This document shows, one piece after another, positions 62,441-64,000 of a DNA stretch of 64,000 bases. The DNA comes from Callorhinchus milii (lineage: Eukaryota). Where the stretch lies: the NCBI RefSeq assembly GCF_018977255.1, contig NW_024704742.1, forward strand, positions 25,050,001-25,114,000, in the 5' to 3' direction. Within the stretch, counting starts at the first letter, position 1. Each line of letters starts with the position of its first letter. Below the pieces are notes generated by a model, which was not told where the DNA came from, did no database searches, and saw only the letters and a program-made list of their open reading frames with translations. A program made the translations under genes and the position numbers.

Positions 62441-63694
62441 TTCATGAGGTACAAAGCTGCTGTGGTGTGAGGCATGTAGAGGGGGAAGTGACACATTTCC
62501 TCACGGAAGAAAGAGTAGATGCAAACTTCCAAATGGCCAGTTCGAAAGAATCATTGGTAGAGACTGGGAAAGTATTGCCGTACTCCGACACACTATCCTG
62601 GACGAGGGTAAATTTTCACTAAATGCAAATTGTCATTGTCGTTGTCAGTAACATTGGGGAACTCTTAACACGCAGAAAGAACAAGAATACTCTTTGCTCC
62701 CTATCATGCTTCTATTCACAGCTAAAAGTAAAGCGAAAGTAAATATCCACCAAGAGAAGAAGGAATAGCTGGGAATGCAGGCCATTCCTATGTTGTTATA
62801 TTGCACAAGATAAAACATGTAATTGAGAGAGAGGAGAGCTGCCTTAGTGGTGATGAAAAAGATCAAATGCTCTTTATGTATACGGTGTATGGTTTCTTTT
62901 GGAGAAAAAGTAATGCTAGTGGAATTTTTTTTCATATGGATTAACATTTAACATAAATCTGGATGTTAGCAGCTCTGAATTTCTCTTTTTCATTTTTTTT
63001 TTGCATTTGCTACAGCTTCTTTGACACTGGGAGGATGTCTCAAAGCGTTTCACAGGATTTGCTGTAAAGTGCAGTGACTGTGGGCAAATGCAGCAGCCAA
63101 TTTGCATATGCAGCAAAAGTCCCACAAACAGCCGGGAAGTGAATGGCCAATTCACTCTGCGGGATTGTCAGCAAGGATAATGGGAGTGACTTCTTTTTTG
63201 TGCGGGAACATGAGGGAAGTTCAGAACATTCCCCAATGGGGACAGACAGGATTGTGACCTTGCGTACAGGGCAACACCCAAGAACGGAGATACTCTTGAT
63301 ACTAACTCTATCATAATATTAGCTGCAAGGCAGCAAAGGTTAATTAAGCTCTGCATTGCTTAAACAACTTCAACAAACAAATGATTTTCCATGCGAATAT
63401 TCTGGCTGTGATGAGTAAGTAATACACAGCATGTAATATTCAAATCACTCATTTCACAACAATTCATTGGTGCTTTGGCTGCAAATCATCTTTTGAAGAA
63501 GAGCAACGTTAGGACTCCAGCCTTTCTTTTGATGGAGCAATCTCCTGGGGAAATAAGTCTCACTAGAGCGAAACACGATTTTAAGAAGAACAAACAATTG
63601 AGAGGGAACAGGATTAAACTGAAATGAGGAAACTTAACAGAAGGCTTATGGCCAGCTTCTCAAGCTGTGCTCTCCCCCACTCCCCCACATTTGA

Positions 63695-64000
63695 TCATAA
63701 GACGTAGGAGCAGAAGTAGGTCATTCGGCCCCTCGAGCCTGCCCCACCATTTAATAAGATAATGGCTGATCTTCTAACCTAATTCCATTTACCTGCCCTA
63801 TCCCCATAACCCTTAATCCCTCCATCCTTTAGAAATCTATCAATCTCAGTCTTGAATATGTTCAATGAATGAGCATCCACAGCCTTCTGGGGTAGAGGAT
63901 TCCACAAATTCACTACCCTCTGAGCGAAGAAATGTTTCCTCAACTCAGTTCGAAAAGGCTGACCCTTAATCTTGAGACTATGACCCCTAGTTTTAGATTC
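63695..64000 (-). mobile_element. CR1 LINE 3' end running off the window
   Basis: Reverse complement closely matches about 61600-61900. Confidence 0.9.

Noticed and set aside
62645..62947. 100-aa hydrophobic minus-strand ORF
   Set aside because: No recognisable homology or splice support; consistent with chance.

Overview
Vertebrate genomic DNA, most likely from a cartilaginous fish (inferred from the repeat landscape: Deu-type SINEs, tRNA-Ala SINEs with L2 tails, shark-type CR1 and Penelope-like ends). Two spliced genes lie tail-to-tail. On the + strand are the last five coding exons of caspase-6 (CASP6, 1141-7743; the N-terminal exons were not found and probably lie upstream). On the - strand are coding exons 2-8 of the inhibitory mitochondrial calcium uniporter paralog MCUB/CCDC109B (23356-12921), identified by the W-LTWW-V-YSWDIMEP pore loop. 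All splice sites were read directly and the phases join into uninterrupted ORFs. The remaining ~40 kb (23357-64000) looks like MCUB intron 1, filled with SINEs, L2 and CR1 fragments and a TA-flanked MITE family. Almost all ORFs in the supplied track are repeat-derived or chance. I see no clearly new biological system. The best leads are converging poly(A) signals (including a duplicated cassette) between the two genes, a hammerhead ribozyme core in a Penelope-like remnant, a mosaic SINE family with an L2-matched tail, a structured MITE in the CASP6 3' UTR, an orphan 36-bp inverted repeat, and diagnostic residue changes in both proteins. Repeat boundaries are approximate. Human residue numbers and comparisons are from memory and need verification.
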